Assembly (NCBI GenBank): GCA_043228905.1
Contig: JBHGNT010000011.1
Coordinates: 8,928,001-8,992,000 of the forward strand
Length of the DNA: 64,000 nt
Direction of reading: 5' to 3'
Origin: Azolla caroliniana
Lineage: Eukaryota; Plantae; Polypodiophyta
Position numbers and translations under genes: made by a program
Shown here: piece by piece, positions 1 through 13,800 of the stretch
How positions within the stretch are numbered: the stretch's first letter is position 1
Layout of the letters: each line of letters opens with the position of its first letter
The notes under the pieces: model-generated
Database searches by the model: none
Told to the model about the DNA's origin: nothing
What the model saw: only the letters and a program-made list of their open reading frames with translations

Positions 1-875
1 TATATATACAATAAATGCGGCATCATTAATCCTTCTTCCTCTCCTTCTTATTCTTCTTCTTCACTTTCTGGTGGGATTCCCAAGCCAATCAGGCCTCTTC
101 CTCCTTCTCATAAACCACCACCACCATAACCCCCATCTTGCAATTTATTTACATACATACATATACTTCCACAGCTATTATTATTGTTATTAGCAGCAGC
201 AATAGTAGCAATAAGAGGAAGAAGAAGAAGAAGAATGATAATAATAGAATAACAGATGGAAAAGGATCAGGAAAATAGAATGATCCTCCATCCCCCTACC
301 TCCAAAAAATAAAACAAAGATAGGGATGGGCAGGCAGGTAACCTGCGTGATCATTTAGTTTACTTATCAGTCAGGCAGTCAGACAGACAGACCGACAGAC
401 AGGGTAGTAGTAGTAGGCATTTGTGCCAACTCATTATGATTTTTTATCAATTAATGTAACCAAAACATTGATTATTACTACTATTATTGATAATAATCAA
501 TCAGTCTGAGAGCGAATAATAATAATAATAATAATGATACCTAGTCAAACAGCAAACATTAATTAATAATAAACACAATCATTTCTAACTACTCCTCCTG
601 CTCCTTCAATTCCTTCAATCCCAACATTAGCTGTATATATATATATGTGTGTGTGTATGTAAACCTGAATTTCCATCCTGCGAATATCTCGATTATTATT
701 ATTATGAGTGATAGTAGAGTATGTCTTACCTTAGAAAATTCCAATAGAATCTTCATCACACCCCACCCCACCCCAGAAGAAGCATGCTGATTAGGTCCTA
801 TTATGCCACCCATTTCATCCAATTTATATATTACAGAAAGCACACATATTACAATCAATATAAATTGTTTTTAAC

Positions 876-2452
876 ATGACGGTGGCGACCAGCAGCAGCA
901 GCAACAGCAGTAGGCGTATTAACACCACAGTGACTTATAATTGTACTAAGAATCGCAAGTACTCTTCCAGCAATAATGGCAGTAGTAGAGGATCATCCCC
1001 TGCAGCTGCTGCTGTAGTAGTTACAGCAGTAGAGGATCATCGCCGCCCTCCCTCGCCTGCTGCTGCTGCTGCTGCTGCTGCTGCCCGGCTGCGGCTGCGG
1101 CTGCGGTGGACACCGTCCCTTCATCGCATCTTTGTGGAGGCTGTCACTAAACTCGGCGGTCACAAATGTATGTTATGTTACGTTACGTTACGTTGTAGTC
1201 CTAATGTTCTTAATTTTAAAGAATATCGTTCGTGATTATTGCAATACCAATTTCGTGAATTTCCATGACTAGAGCTATTTCATTATAAGCAGCTCCATTG
1301 CTTTAGCTAAATTTATACTAGTAGTAGATAGATAACTGATGTGATTTCATCGTCTAATTGATGTGATCCATCCAAGGCAGACGCAACCCCCAAGCAGGTG
1401 CTGGCTGCAATGAACGTGAAAGGGCTCACCATATCTCATGTCAAGAGTCACCTCCAGGTAAAAATTAGAATTTATAATTAATTGCAGCGCAGCTACTTTC
1501 ATGTAGATTGAGTTCAGGGGGTAAGGACATGTAGACAGACAGACTGACTGACTGACTGACTGACATTAATTAATTAACGCTAATTCCCTTGTGGGTGTAA
1601 GTACTGCACCAGATGTATAGAAGCATGAGCAACTGGGATGATAATATAGGAGGTTCGCCCATACTATCATCAAATGCTGCTGCTGCTGCTGCTGCTGCTG
1701 GTGTAGTGCCGCCGAACCACCAATACTCAATGGGCCGCTGCCACTGCTCCGCTTCTTCGTCTTCGTCTTCGTCTTCGTCTTCTTCTTCTTTGGCGGTGGC
1801 GGCTACTGATAGCGGCAGAGTAGTAGTCCTACCCTCCCCCTCCCCCTCCATCAGCAGACCCCTTCCCAGATCGTCACCGCCACAGCCCATTAATGCTACT
1901 CGTCAGTATTATGGGGGAGATGGCATTCCTACTGTAACTTCTACCGTGACACAAAAGGAGGAGGACTTCTTATTTCATTATTACTCGCCACTAACAACAA
2001 CAGCAGCAGCAGCAACAGGAGATGAAGAAGGCCTCCATCTCATCCGAAATCTCTACATCATCAATCAGCAAATCACTCCTTCTTCTTCCTTACATACATT
2101 TAATTATTATAATAATACAAGGGCAACTTATAACCCCCCAAATTCACCCCAAACTACTACGGCTACTGCTACTGCTACTGCTCACCATCATGATGATGAT
2201 GATGCTCCTAATGATTGCAAGCAATATCCCGGCAGCAGCATGAGTAAGAGGAGAAGGGCGGAGGAGAAGAGGTGGGGAAGAAGCATGGTGCCACCACGTG
2301 CTGCTACCAATACTCCTCCATCATCCTCCACTACAACAAGTAGTAGGCATACTACCACCGCCGCCATTAATAGGAGTTACAGCAGTAGCAGTAATCACCT
2401 TATATCTCTTGAACTCACCATTGGGTTGCCATCGTCATCATCATTAATATGA
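876..2452 (+). CDS. GARP/G2-like (SHLQMYR-type) MYB-related transcription factor, 3 exons (876-1167, 1381-1457, 1613-2452)
   Basis: Splicing at GT-AG sites joins [53 protein letters not shown], a complete GARP DNA-binding domain. The C-terminus has an LxLxL EAR-like motif (LISLELTIG). Poly-Ala/Ser tracts come from trinucleotide repeats. Confidence 0.92.
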
Positions 2453-3659
2453 AGGCCGACTTGAGCATGTAGCCTGCAATTATAGAGAATATCAATTCCA
2501 TTGGATCTTCTTCATGTCAGACAGACACATTACCTAGCTACCTACAGCATTTACTTACACATTTCACTTTGTAAGTTACTCCTTGTCATTCATGAATGCC
2601 ATGTTTTTACGACCCCACGAATTCCCTGGAGATATTTATAATAATGTTTCGACTCATACACATATATACGTATATTGCTACGCCAATTAGGCTGCATGAC
2701 TATAAATACGCTCACATTCATATCCAGTAACATGTTAATGAAGTACGTCATACGCCATTGTCGTATGGACTAAGGCCATGGCCTCGTTGACTTGCATGGA
2801 AAATAAGCACCGGGATAAAGGTGTGATGTGACAAGACCTAAATTGAAATATGTTTGCCATCTTCAACACGTTAACGAATTAGTGTAGATTGTGCAGTGGT
2901 AAGCGAGATGTCCTTTCTTCTCTACTATGCCTGCAACGTGTTAAGAGCAATCAACAACCACCGGCTCTGTTAAAACACTGAAACATTATCATCAAATTCT
3001 TTTGATCATTGTTAGTCTACATACTTTGATTGAATATTCGACGACTGACAGCAATTATTCATTCCCCTGCTTCTCACTGCAGAATAAAGAACAAAGAGAG
3101 AGAGAGAGAGACGGCAGGTGTAATTTGGTAGCTGAGTGTATTCTTCAACAACTTTTATTCATGTATATATATGGGGTATGTATGTAGTTATGTCTTAACT
3201 TAAGAATTTGCAACATGTGCACTCTCAATTGCAACGTACTTTGATTAATAAATTACTCTTGAAAATTATTTCCTACTCACGAATACCAGGGTCTCTGTTT
3301 CTGGTATCATTCGTGCCCCCTTCCTGTCTACTCAGAATACGCAGGCATTGTATGTATGTCCCTTCTCTAAACAATTGATTCTTCTCTCTTTCAAACATGT
3401 TGATCATCCTACAGCTGCTGAACGCTTGTCTTTATGCTGAACTCAAATTCCAAAGGCAATGGCAATTAATTCTCCTGCCCAATTGTTACTTGACGAGAGG
3501 TTTGCAGCTCCTCTTTAAACATTTGGTTTACCAGTTCAATCCAACTGTAAAGTTCTGAATATGCCGGACCAAACAATAATATGCGCATGTTAAAAACATA
3601 GATTTGTCCAAAAAGCATCTTTTAAAACTCATTGCTCGTAAACTAAAGAAATGTTCTGT

Positions 3660-4300
3660 AAAACTGTGTGCTCTATGTGTACTCTGAACAGCCAACAGTT
3701 ACGAATGAAAACAAAATACACCATTTGTTGACAAATCACAACTCTTATTGTGGACGTATTATGTACACGGCAAGATAGGAAAAGCTAAAAAAAAATGCTC
3801 ACTTCACTCGCTCATACTCACAACTCTTCTATAAGAAAGAACAGAGTTTCATGGTTTGCAAGTTGTGGGAGTGCAAAAGCCAAAAGAGATGTTCCAAAAG
3901 AGATGTTCCAAAAGAGATGTTCCATGTAACTGTGTGCTATTTGTAATCTGAACAATCAACAGTTGAGAATCAAAACAAAATACAGCATTTTAGACAAATT
4001 ACGACTGCTGTTGCGGATGTATTAAATGTAAATAAATGAAATGTTTGTGTGCTATGTGCAGTCCAAACAATCAACAGCTAAGAATTAAAACAAAATACAT
4101 CATTTTTGTCCAATCACAACTGTTATTGCGGATGTATTATGTTCGAGGCAAATTTAGAATAAAATCTATGTACACGTTCTGCCTTGTGAAGTTCAGGATA
4201 AGGAAAGGCTAAATAAGTGCTCTACACTTGACTCCCTCATACTCGCCCCTCTTTTATAAGAAAGAGCATAGTTTCATGGTTTGCAAGTTGTTTGGAAGTG
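3660..4300. repeat. Degenerate local duplications between the convergent 3' ends of the MYB and oligopeptidase genes
   Basis: Three copies of a unit of about 100 bp (tgtgtgctat..aacaatcaacag..aaaacaaaatac..ggatgtatta) near 3665, 3930 and 4045, plus (ccaaaagagatgtt)x3 at about 3880-3923. Confidence 0.7.
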
Positions 4301-4534
4301 GAAAGTTTGTGATACACCTGTATACCATCACTAGAGAAAAGAAAACATAGGTACAAATATACCTGTGGCAATTAACTATGAACTGAAACAAAAGCTCAAA
4401 GAGACCATTCACTTTCGTATAAGCAGGCAGAAGTGTTCCTGGGAATGCACTCTCATTCACTTCCATAATCTCTAGCTTTTGCTTAAATACGAAAAAGAAA
4501 ATCTAATGTTTAGGTGGAGAAAACATGAAATGGA

Positions 4535-7500
4535 TCATGTAGACATTTGCAAGAGTCCACTGTGTCGTAGAAGTGCATCAATAGATGGCTCTCTTCCTCG
4601 GAAATCTACAAAAACCTGCATTTGTACCAAACATGAATTTACACCTTCACAACACAATTTCATGCACCTCTAAATCACAGAGAGCGGAAGTAATTGAAAA
4701 TTGAGACAGTGTTAACCTGCGTGTGATAATCGGCAATGGTTTAGTTCAGTTCAGTCCGGTTAGATTTGGGAGTTCAAACTCAAAACTCTTTCATACCGAA
4801 ATATTTAAAGGTTTTGAAACTTAAACCCAACAGACCACTAACAATGAAACCCTCAAACCAAAACAGTTCAAACCGACATTGTTCAAACCAAACCATTTGA
4901 GGGATTTTCAAGCTCGAACCAAACAGTTCAAGAGATCTACAAACTATCAACCATTAGCCGTGGTTTCTTGGCTTGATTTCAGCTCAAACTGAAGCATTGG
5001 CGAATGCATACTTTAACTTTTCAGTTTTCAAGAAAGAAAAATAAAACTTCTAAGAATGAGTAGTGTTCAAATTTAAAACTTCCTTATAATGTTACATATT
5101 AAATATTTTATAGTTAATTTATATATTTAAAAATAAAATAAGATATGTCCCCCCAAACTGTTAAGCCAATAAAGTTTCAAACCGAAACCTTAAACCCCCA
5201 AACTGAACCCTTCACAAATTTTAAAACTGAACTGAAATGAACCAATTAGGTTGTAAGGTCATTAAGCAGCAGTTTCGCGGCTCAATGGCAAACCAAACTG
5301 TTGCCAAATACTATGTGTGCACATATTAAGTGAATGAATATCACATCTCTCAAAGAAAATGCTATTCACCAAAGAGGACATTATTTTTGCAGACCACTTC
5401 ATAAACACCTAATTGCATATGAGACAGTGATGTTGAAGTGTTGCCTATCATTCAAAACCTACCAAACCTAGTTGAATATCACATCTCTCAAAGAAAATGC
5501 TATTCACCAAAGAGGACATTATTTTTTGTAGACCACTTCATTCAAAACCTAACTGCATATGAGACAGTGATGTTGGAGTATTCGTCTATCATTGGCAATT
5601 GTGCAGATCTCCTTATAAAAGCACTTGGACCTGGGCAGCCAAAACACGACTGTCCCCCCAACCGTGATCTTGGTATTATGAGGTATCTTGGTGGGGAAGT
5701 TACTCACCAACGGAATATGCGAGAACTCGGGCAACGAGATAATGCTGCATTCTATGGGATAAAAATATGAAGCTGAAACCCAAGAGTCGGGCCGATGTAG
5801 ATGGTGTGGATAAAGAACTTGAGAAGACAGTGTTAGTGTGAGCACGAATCAATAGACCGTTCAACTATGGTCAACTGAATGATTGTATAAGAAGTTAATG
5901 CATTAGCTGAGTTAGCCGTTAGTAATCTTACGCATTAAAGCATCCTTAGTCGAGAGAACTATGGTTGTCAAACACCTCAAGCCATTTGTTGTATCAATCT
6001 GCTCGCTCAGGAGTACATGATATTACATCAATGTTGTATCATTCTTTGTTGCAATTATGTTATGACATAATCTGTCATTTCCATTGTGCCCCTGCGTTGT
6101 TTATTTTCACTGTGCTTCACTCAAATTTTAACAATATCCATAGTCGACTGACCTAGACAACTGCATGTGATTTTGTATACATGATCACTTGGTATGAACA
6201 GTCTCCAGATGACTTCATGTTGATGGGTGGTTTATTGACCATCATTGGCTACTGACCATAAACACCGGTGCTTAACCTTCAACACCTTGCTGCATTTATT
6301 AGATCTACATTAAATATCTTAAATTCGTTTGGGAATCTCTTGCTAAATATACCAGGCAGATACGAGTTCTTTTCCATAATTTCCTGTATCAATCTATGTA
6401 TTTGGAAGACTTGCATAGCAGATGGCATCAGAAATAGACTGTCAACCAAAATAGATATACATTGGCCTATATTTGGAGATAGCAAATTGCCAAGTTCTTA
6501 TTTATACGTTGGTATCAACTATTCAATTGTAACTAATCCTACTTTGAGAGTATGGAATGTCTACTTGCAGGGCTACACATTATATAAACAATACAAAGAA
6601 ACAAAAGTATAAGGTAGAGAAAGAGGGTACACCTGTAGAGGCGATCTTCCTCCTCCTGGAGCCAAAACTGTCTCCCAAAATCTATGCCCAGTTTCTTTTA
6701 TTGCCTGTGGATGACAAAATTTGGTAAGGATACAATTTCGTACATTGCCCAGCATTGAAAGCAAATAAACAATGTCTGACCTTTTCATTATCCAGACCAA
6801 CTTCTTCAAAAGCTGAAAACACATCTGCCGAAAGAACTTCTGCCCACTGAAAATGAATTTCTATATTGATTATTCAAACAACTCACCGCAGATAACAGGA
6901 GAGAATCACAAGCCCTACCTTATAGCTGTAGTAACCTGCAGAATATCCACCTGTTTTACACCATATAAGCGTCAAAATCTCTCCATATCAGCATCTCTTA
7001 TGGTACTAATATTAAGATTGACCTGCAAAAATATGTTCAAAGCTGCACAGAAATCTGTCTTCAGGCAGTGGCTGTACAACTTGGGTCTTTTCAGAAACTC
7101 TACGCTCCACATCAAAGATGGTCTCATCGCCTCCAGGTACATACTTGGAATGAAGCTCCAAGTCAACACTTGCCAAATGTATCTATAAATATAAGGTTTA
7201 CATTTTCAGTGGAAACACTATCATGTTATCTTAGAAACTCCAAAAGAAGCTGTCTAAACAGAACCACAATAACTCTAGACTTTAACTTACACATGGCCCC
7301 CAAACACGTTACATACAATTCACCAGCAAACTTTTACAAACTGCATTAAATTGAAATAACACGGCATTACCCAGGACTAAAAAATGGACATTATGTCATT
7401 CGAGCTGATTTCATGCAATATCTCACGGGCATTCATAAGTTTAATAACAAATATGGAGGCCAAATTTCGAGTATGCCAATTGTATGTAATACTCCCCAGG

Positions 7501-7767
7501 CTTCATAAGTGACATGAAAAATGTGCATGCTAATATCCATCATGCTATCATGGAGTCCTCCCTTAAAACTCAAAATAAATGCCCAAGATATATTTTCCAA
7601 AGCTAAAGTTGGGCTCTGATGCCAAATATAAAAATACCAACAGCATGCTCTTGTGCCCAGCATCTGCTTCCTTTCACAACTTTGCAACACACTTTGAAAG
7701 GGTCAGGAATGATGTCAATAGGGCTGAGGAACACTGAGGAGTCACGCAAGTAGAGCAATGGCTGAAA

Positions 7768-7847
<80 letters not shown>

Positions 7848-10800
7848 TTGGAGGAGCTCACCTTTAAAGTGAGATCCAAAAGTTCTAAAGTTATGTTTTA
7901 TATGACCCATTTAGGGTTGGCCAAGTTCACACTAAACTTGGCCCAAAAATAAAAGAATAAGTCATAAGTGACTTTTGGCCTTTATAATTCGGCCTATACA
8001 CATGTACACACTATAAGAGGGTCATTTAGGGCCTTTACCTCAACAATCTCCCACTTAAAGGCTTTCACATCAAGTGTACTTGATTAACAGGCGTACTGTT
8101 TTCATATGTAACCTTCAGCTTTGCCCATATTTTAGAAGCAAATACCAACCCTTTGAGATCTACCAAAATCTCATCAAAAACAGCCATCTTAATATATGTG
8201 ACAGCCTTTTTGTTTAAAATCCGCCATACATCATCTAACATGTTCTCTAGTTTTTCTACCTCCAATTCCCTATCACAATCCTTCAGAAAGAGACTTCCTT
8301 GCATTCTCTCCTTCCACAAGTCGAAACTTGTTCCTCAAATCGTCGAATCGCAAAAAGATTCTTCAAATTTAAGGAGAATGATGCCATAGCTACATAATAA
8401 GAGGTCTGAATACCTTTTCTTTGCTGTACAACACCTACGCAAAAGTTTTGAAACCCTAAACCCTGCTCTGATACCAATTGAAAGGGTCAAGAATGATGTC
8501 AATAGGGCTGAGGGACACTCAGGAGTCACCCAAGTAGAGCAATGGCTGAAAAGATAGAGAGACCGAAAATTGGAGGAGCTCACCTTTGAAGTGAGATCCA
8601 AAAGTTCTAAAGTTATGTTTTATATGATCCATTTACGGTTGGCCAAGTTCACACTGAACTTGGCCCAAAAATAAAAGAATAAGTCATAAGTGACTTTTGG
8701 CCTTTATAACTAGGCTTATACACATGTACACACTATAAAGGGGTCATTTAGGGCCTTTACCCCAACACACTTGAGATAGAAATAATCATAGCAGTGGAAT
8801 TGGAATAGACACAATCCACTTGAGTTTTAAGGAATAGAAATAATCATAGCAGTGAGGGAAGCACCTACGATGGCAGGAGATAATGGTTTTTATCTATCGA
8901 TGACAAGGGTGTCGAGGTCGTGGTCTATGGGGCCAAGGCCTATGTGCACGGCAAATTGCCATTGCCCGATCAATTATAACCCCTTTGTTATGTCCTAGTT
9001 TGGAGCCCATTTGTGTATCCCGTGATTGAATTGTGGCATTAGTAGGAGTGATGGGGCTAAAGAAAGTTGTGATTGTTCTTTGTGGATGAGCTTGCGTGGC
9101 TGTATTCGTCAACAACTTTTCCTGATGTATCTTGAGCTCTAGCAAGAAAAGTCCAAGGCATCGTTGGTCCTCATATTCCATTACCTTGCGTAGTGGGCCA
9201 AAGCCTTGTTTAAAGAGGCAATGGTATCTCCCTCTGATTTCATAGAAGACACTACAATGACAAACATAGTGTTCTTCAGATTCCACTCCTTGATGACACA
9301 ATTGGCAAATTCTCTCTTCTAGAGGTAGTCGTGTATATCTGCCTACCTCAATATGTAGCTGATGTGATGAAGTTCGCAACTGCCCTATCACACTACACAG
9401 CGCATAGGATAGATGTATGTCCATATAAGGTGGCCTGATGACAAATGCATCCTCCGATGTATGCAAGAAGTGTGTCTTATAGTAGGCCATCTATGTACCA
9501 AGTGGTATTTTGGGGCTGATCCATGTTATCTTGTTTTCCATGTTAATAATATCAGTTCGGATCACTCTATTCTTTTCCGCTTTGGTCATATTTAGATGGG
9601 GACAGTCCAAGCTATATTGGAACGAGGGTAGTGCATTTATACTCATGCCATGTGACTCGAACCATTGCTGCATTTCAGCATACCAATAATGAGTGTCTCC
9701 ATTTTCAGCCAGTTGTCTTGATGACATAAGTGCCAACCTTGGGTACGTTCATTTAGGGAGCTCCCAAAGACGTTGGATAAATGTCAATGATCGGAACAAT
9801 GCCTCGGTCATTATAGGTGTTGCTCCCTTTGCCCGGATTATATTGTGGGACACCGATGCTTTGCTCCTTATCATGCAAGCAATCATTGACACTAAAGGTT
9901 TCTCTAAATCTTTCCAATGATTTGCCTTGTTAAGACTCGGTCCCCATGTTTCTACTCCATAGAGAAGAGTTAGTGTCACAAGTGTATCAAATAACCATAG
10001 CTTAGTCAATGGCTCTTGAAACTGCAAATGTGCACATTGTCTCTCGAGAGCACCAAGGGCTGCATATCCACGAGAAAGTCGGGCACAAGCAGCCTCCTGT
10101 AAGGAGAACCTAGGCCCTGTAAATATTACTCCTAGGTATGTGTAGGAGCGTGTGTATTCCACCTTTTCTTCTCCCAAGAAGAATTTTGGTTCTGATCTTG
10201 TTACCCATGCTTGAGTGGTGTTAAACACCATCACTTTAGTTTTATTAATGTTGATTGACAAACCTTTGTCCATACAAAATAGTTTTAAGGCATTTAGATG
10301 TCTTTGTAGTCCCTCCAGAGAGTCAGAAATCAGCACAATGTCATCAGCATATAGTAATATGTGTATCGTGATACCTGCTAGGCGTGCTCCGGAACCCCTG
10401 AATCTCTCTATGTAATGTGATACCTCATCTATATACAGACCGAAGAGAGTGGGGGATAGTGGGCATCCTTGCTTCACTCCAATTGTGCTAGCCACCGCCT
10501 CTGACAAGCCCTTGGAAGTCCGCACTTTTCCTGACATGGAATCATAGAGTGCATAGATTCCCCATTGCATATCTGTAGGAACACCAAGGGCTTCTAGCCG
10601 TTGCATAAGTCGAGCACGTGGCAGTGTCAAAGGCTTTTCGGAAATCCACAAAGTAGCAATAAATCTTCTTATTGTGGGCTCTGCCCTCCTCAATAAGGGC
10701 CCAGAGGGTGAATATGTGATCGAAAGTTGTGAAGCCCTTCTGAAAGCCTAAAGAAATTATATTGATGTACTAATTCACATTTTGTAAAAATTAAAAAATT

Positions 10801-13800
10801 TGATGAAAATAACAATTCTATATCTTACAGCAACCTTTCAAAGAGTAGGTAACTTGAGAAGTAAAAAAGTTTATGGAATTTCCAACGCCACTTCATTTAA
10901 CACCTAAAGAACATTAACACTGACACCACAAAATGTATGGGGTTTACCTGTTGTAAGGTACGTGAGCCAGCTCGAAATGTCCGAGCTGCAAGCAGCTTTT
11001 CATAAATGTCTTTAGAGAGCGTTTCACCAGTTTCATAATGCTTGGCTATCCCCAACAATGTTTCTCTGACAGAAATGAAATGAACCATAAATATAAGTAT
11101 AAAATGCCTCTACATGATCAAGATTGAACTGCAGAAAGAAAGAAAGATATATTAACATCTTTTAAGAGGACACAATGGCGTATACTACCAAACAAGAAAT
11201 ACATCTTACATGTCTCGTTTTTCAAAACAAATCAAAATAAATAAATGCTACTAACTAACAAAAAGTATTAAGATAAAAGAGACTAAAGAATCTTGGTATT
11301 GGTACATGCAAGATTCTCATGTCAGATGTATTGTAGTTTTTATATTTGAAAGATCACTCGCACAGCTCGATCTAGAATAGAGACATCCCAAAGCAAGGGA
11401 TGCACCTGTGACGGTGGGAGATAAGGACCTATCTATCGATAGCAAGGGTGGTAAGATTGTGGTCCATGGCACTAGGACCTACATGCAGGACAAATTACTA
11501 TTGCCCGATCTATTGTAACCCCTTTGTTATCTCCTGGTCGGGAGCCATTTGTGTAGCCCTTGATTGAGTAGGAATGATGGGACTAAAGAAAGTTGTGATT
11601 GTTCTTGGTTGACGAGCTTGTGTGGCTGTACGGTTCTCCTTCAACAACTCTCCACTGTGTCTCGCAAGTTATAGCAAGAAAAGTCCCAAGCACATTTGAT
11701 CCTCATATTCCATTACAGCCAAAGTGTTGTTTAAAGAGGCAATGGTATCTCCCTCTTATTTCATGAAAAACACTACAATGAAAAAAATAGTGTTCTCAGA
11801 TTCCATTCCCTGATGAAACAATTGGCAAATTTTTCCTTCTAGATGTATTTGTGCATATCTCCCTAACTCAATCTCTCACTGATGTGATGAAGTTCACAGC
11901 TGGCCTTTCACACTACACAACACATAGGATATATGTATCTTCATATAAGAGGGCCTACCAATTAATCCATCCTCCGACGTGTGTAGAAAGTGTCTGATAG
12001 TGGGTCATCTACTGTCAAACTATTGGCAACTGCAGTTTTCTTGACCCAAATTCATACAGTGCATAGATTCCCCCTTGCATATCTATAGGGACACCAAGGG
12101 CTTCTGACCGTTGCATAATCCGAGCACGCTGCACAGTATCGAACACTTTTCAGAAATCCACAAACCAGCAATAAATCCTTTTCTTGTGGGCTCGTTCTTT
12201 GATATGGGCTCGAAGGATCAATATGTGATCCAATGTTGTTAATTCCTTCCGCAAACCTGCCTATCCAGCTGAAGGGCAGCCGTTTCACTTTGTCCGTATA
12301 AACAATTCCAGATGCACCGTAACAAGATACTTACAACTGTGTCAAATATTGTACCCCTAAGGGGATCCCCAATATCACAACATGAAATCATGCCTAATGT
12401 GCCAGTGGGATGTGTGATTTCTATTGCATTGCACATTGATCCATCATTTCTTTCCCATCTCCTCTTTTTGCATGTATTTATCACCCTCGAACATTGACCT
12501 TGGTATCCTCTTTTGCTCTTGTTAGCTTTGAATACATCAGCACAACAAAATATCTAAACCAAAAATATTCTTCTTATGTAAAATTCAATGTCTTCTCATG
12601 TATGAAGAATTCAGATCTGACTGTTTGTTTTGAAGTCTTGGGTATCCACTACTGAATCTTTATATACTGTCATACTAACTTGTTCTAAATGTGGAAATAG
12701 GACCTGGTCCAGAGACACAATGGTCTAATGGCTTAGCCTTCTAATATTGCGGCTCTCTTCTGTCATGTGCCTTCTAGGGTTTTGTGAGCTAGAAAAATGC
12801 CTAGTGCCAATCTGGAAATCTCAATTATTAAGAGAGACTCTTAATACTTTTTTTTAGTAGATTATTGTGTTGAAGTCTTTATCAAACCATTTACCCGTGG
12901 TAGCACCAATTTTCCATAAACTGAGAAGGAAGCTCCACTGCATCCCATTCAACCCCTCGGATGCCAGAAACCAAGCCTTCATCTTGCCTAGTGAGCATAT
13001 GATGCAAGGCATGTCCAAACTCATGGAAAAGTGTTTCAACCTGGTATGACAAAGAAAAAAACATATTCAAAATATAGAAATAGTCATGGAAGGTTTAATT
13101 AAAGAAAGAAAAATGCAGTACTTCTCGAAAAGTCATAAGGCTTGGTTTCATCCCCACAGGAGGGCTTTGATTGCACACTACATGTGCCACAGGCAGCCTT
13201 GCATGGCTTCCTCTCGGTGCCAATAACCTGCTACGTGCAATAACCTCACCCATCCAAGCACCGCTTTGTTTCTCTGCAGGTCTGGAGTAAGGATCTAAAT
13301 AGAAAAAAGCAATTGTTTCCTCATTCAAGTCCTTCACTTGATAAAAACGAACATCTTGATGCCACACCTGCACATACAAGTAATAAGCCATGACATAAAC
13401 ATACCACAGAAAATTAGTTATAGAGAGATTTGCAAATTCTCTAAAACAGTTTATGTGGCATAGACATACCGGAGCCAAGCCATCAGCAGCCTCAATGATG
13501 ATTCCAAATAACTTTTTTGCAAGATCAAAGAGACCATTAATAACCCTTGGCAAAGAGAAAAAGGGCCGTAATTCTTCCTGCAGGCAATAAGGACAGTGTA
13601 AGCAGAAATTTTCACATTACCCTTCACATTTACAGACAAATAGTCATTTTCTGAATCAACATGCATACATGGAATCATTTACCTGCATGTATGTCCATAA
13701 TTCTGATATAATTGCAATCCTAATGTGGTATGTATTTTTTATAGCAGAATTACTCAAAGCAAGAACTCGATAAACTAAAATAAGACTACTACAGGAACCT

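Noticed and set aside
1570-1890. 106-aa antisense ORF over the MYB gene
   Set aside because: It is the shadow of trinucleotide-repeat coding sequence on the opposite strand.
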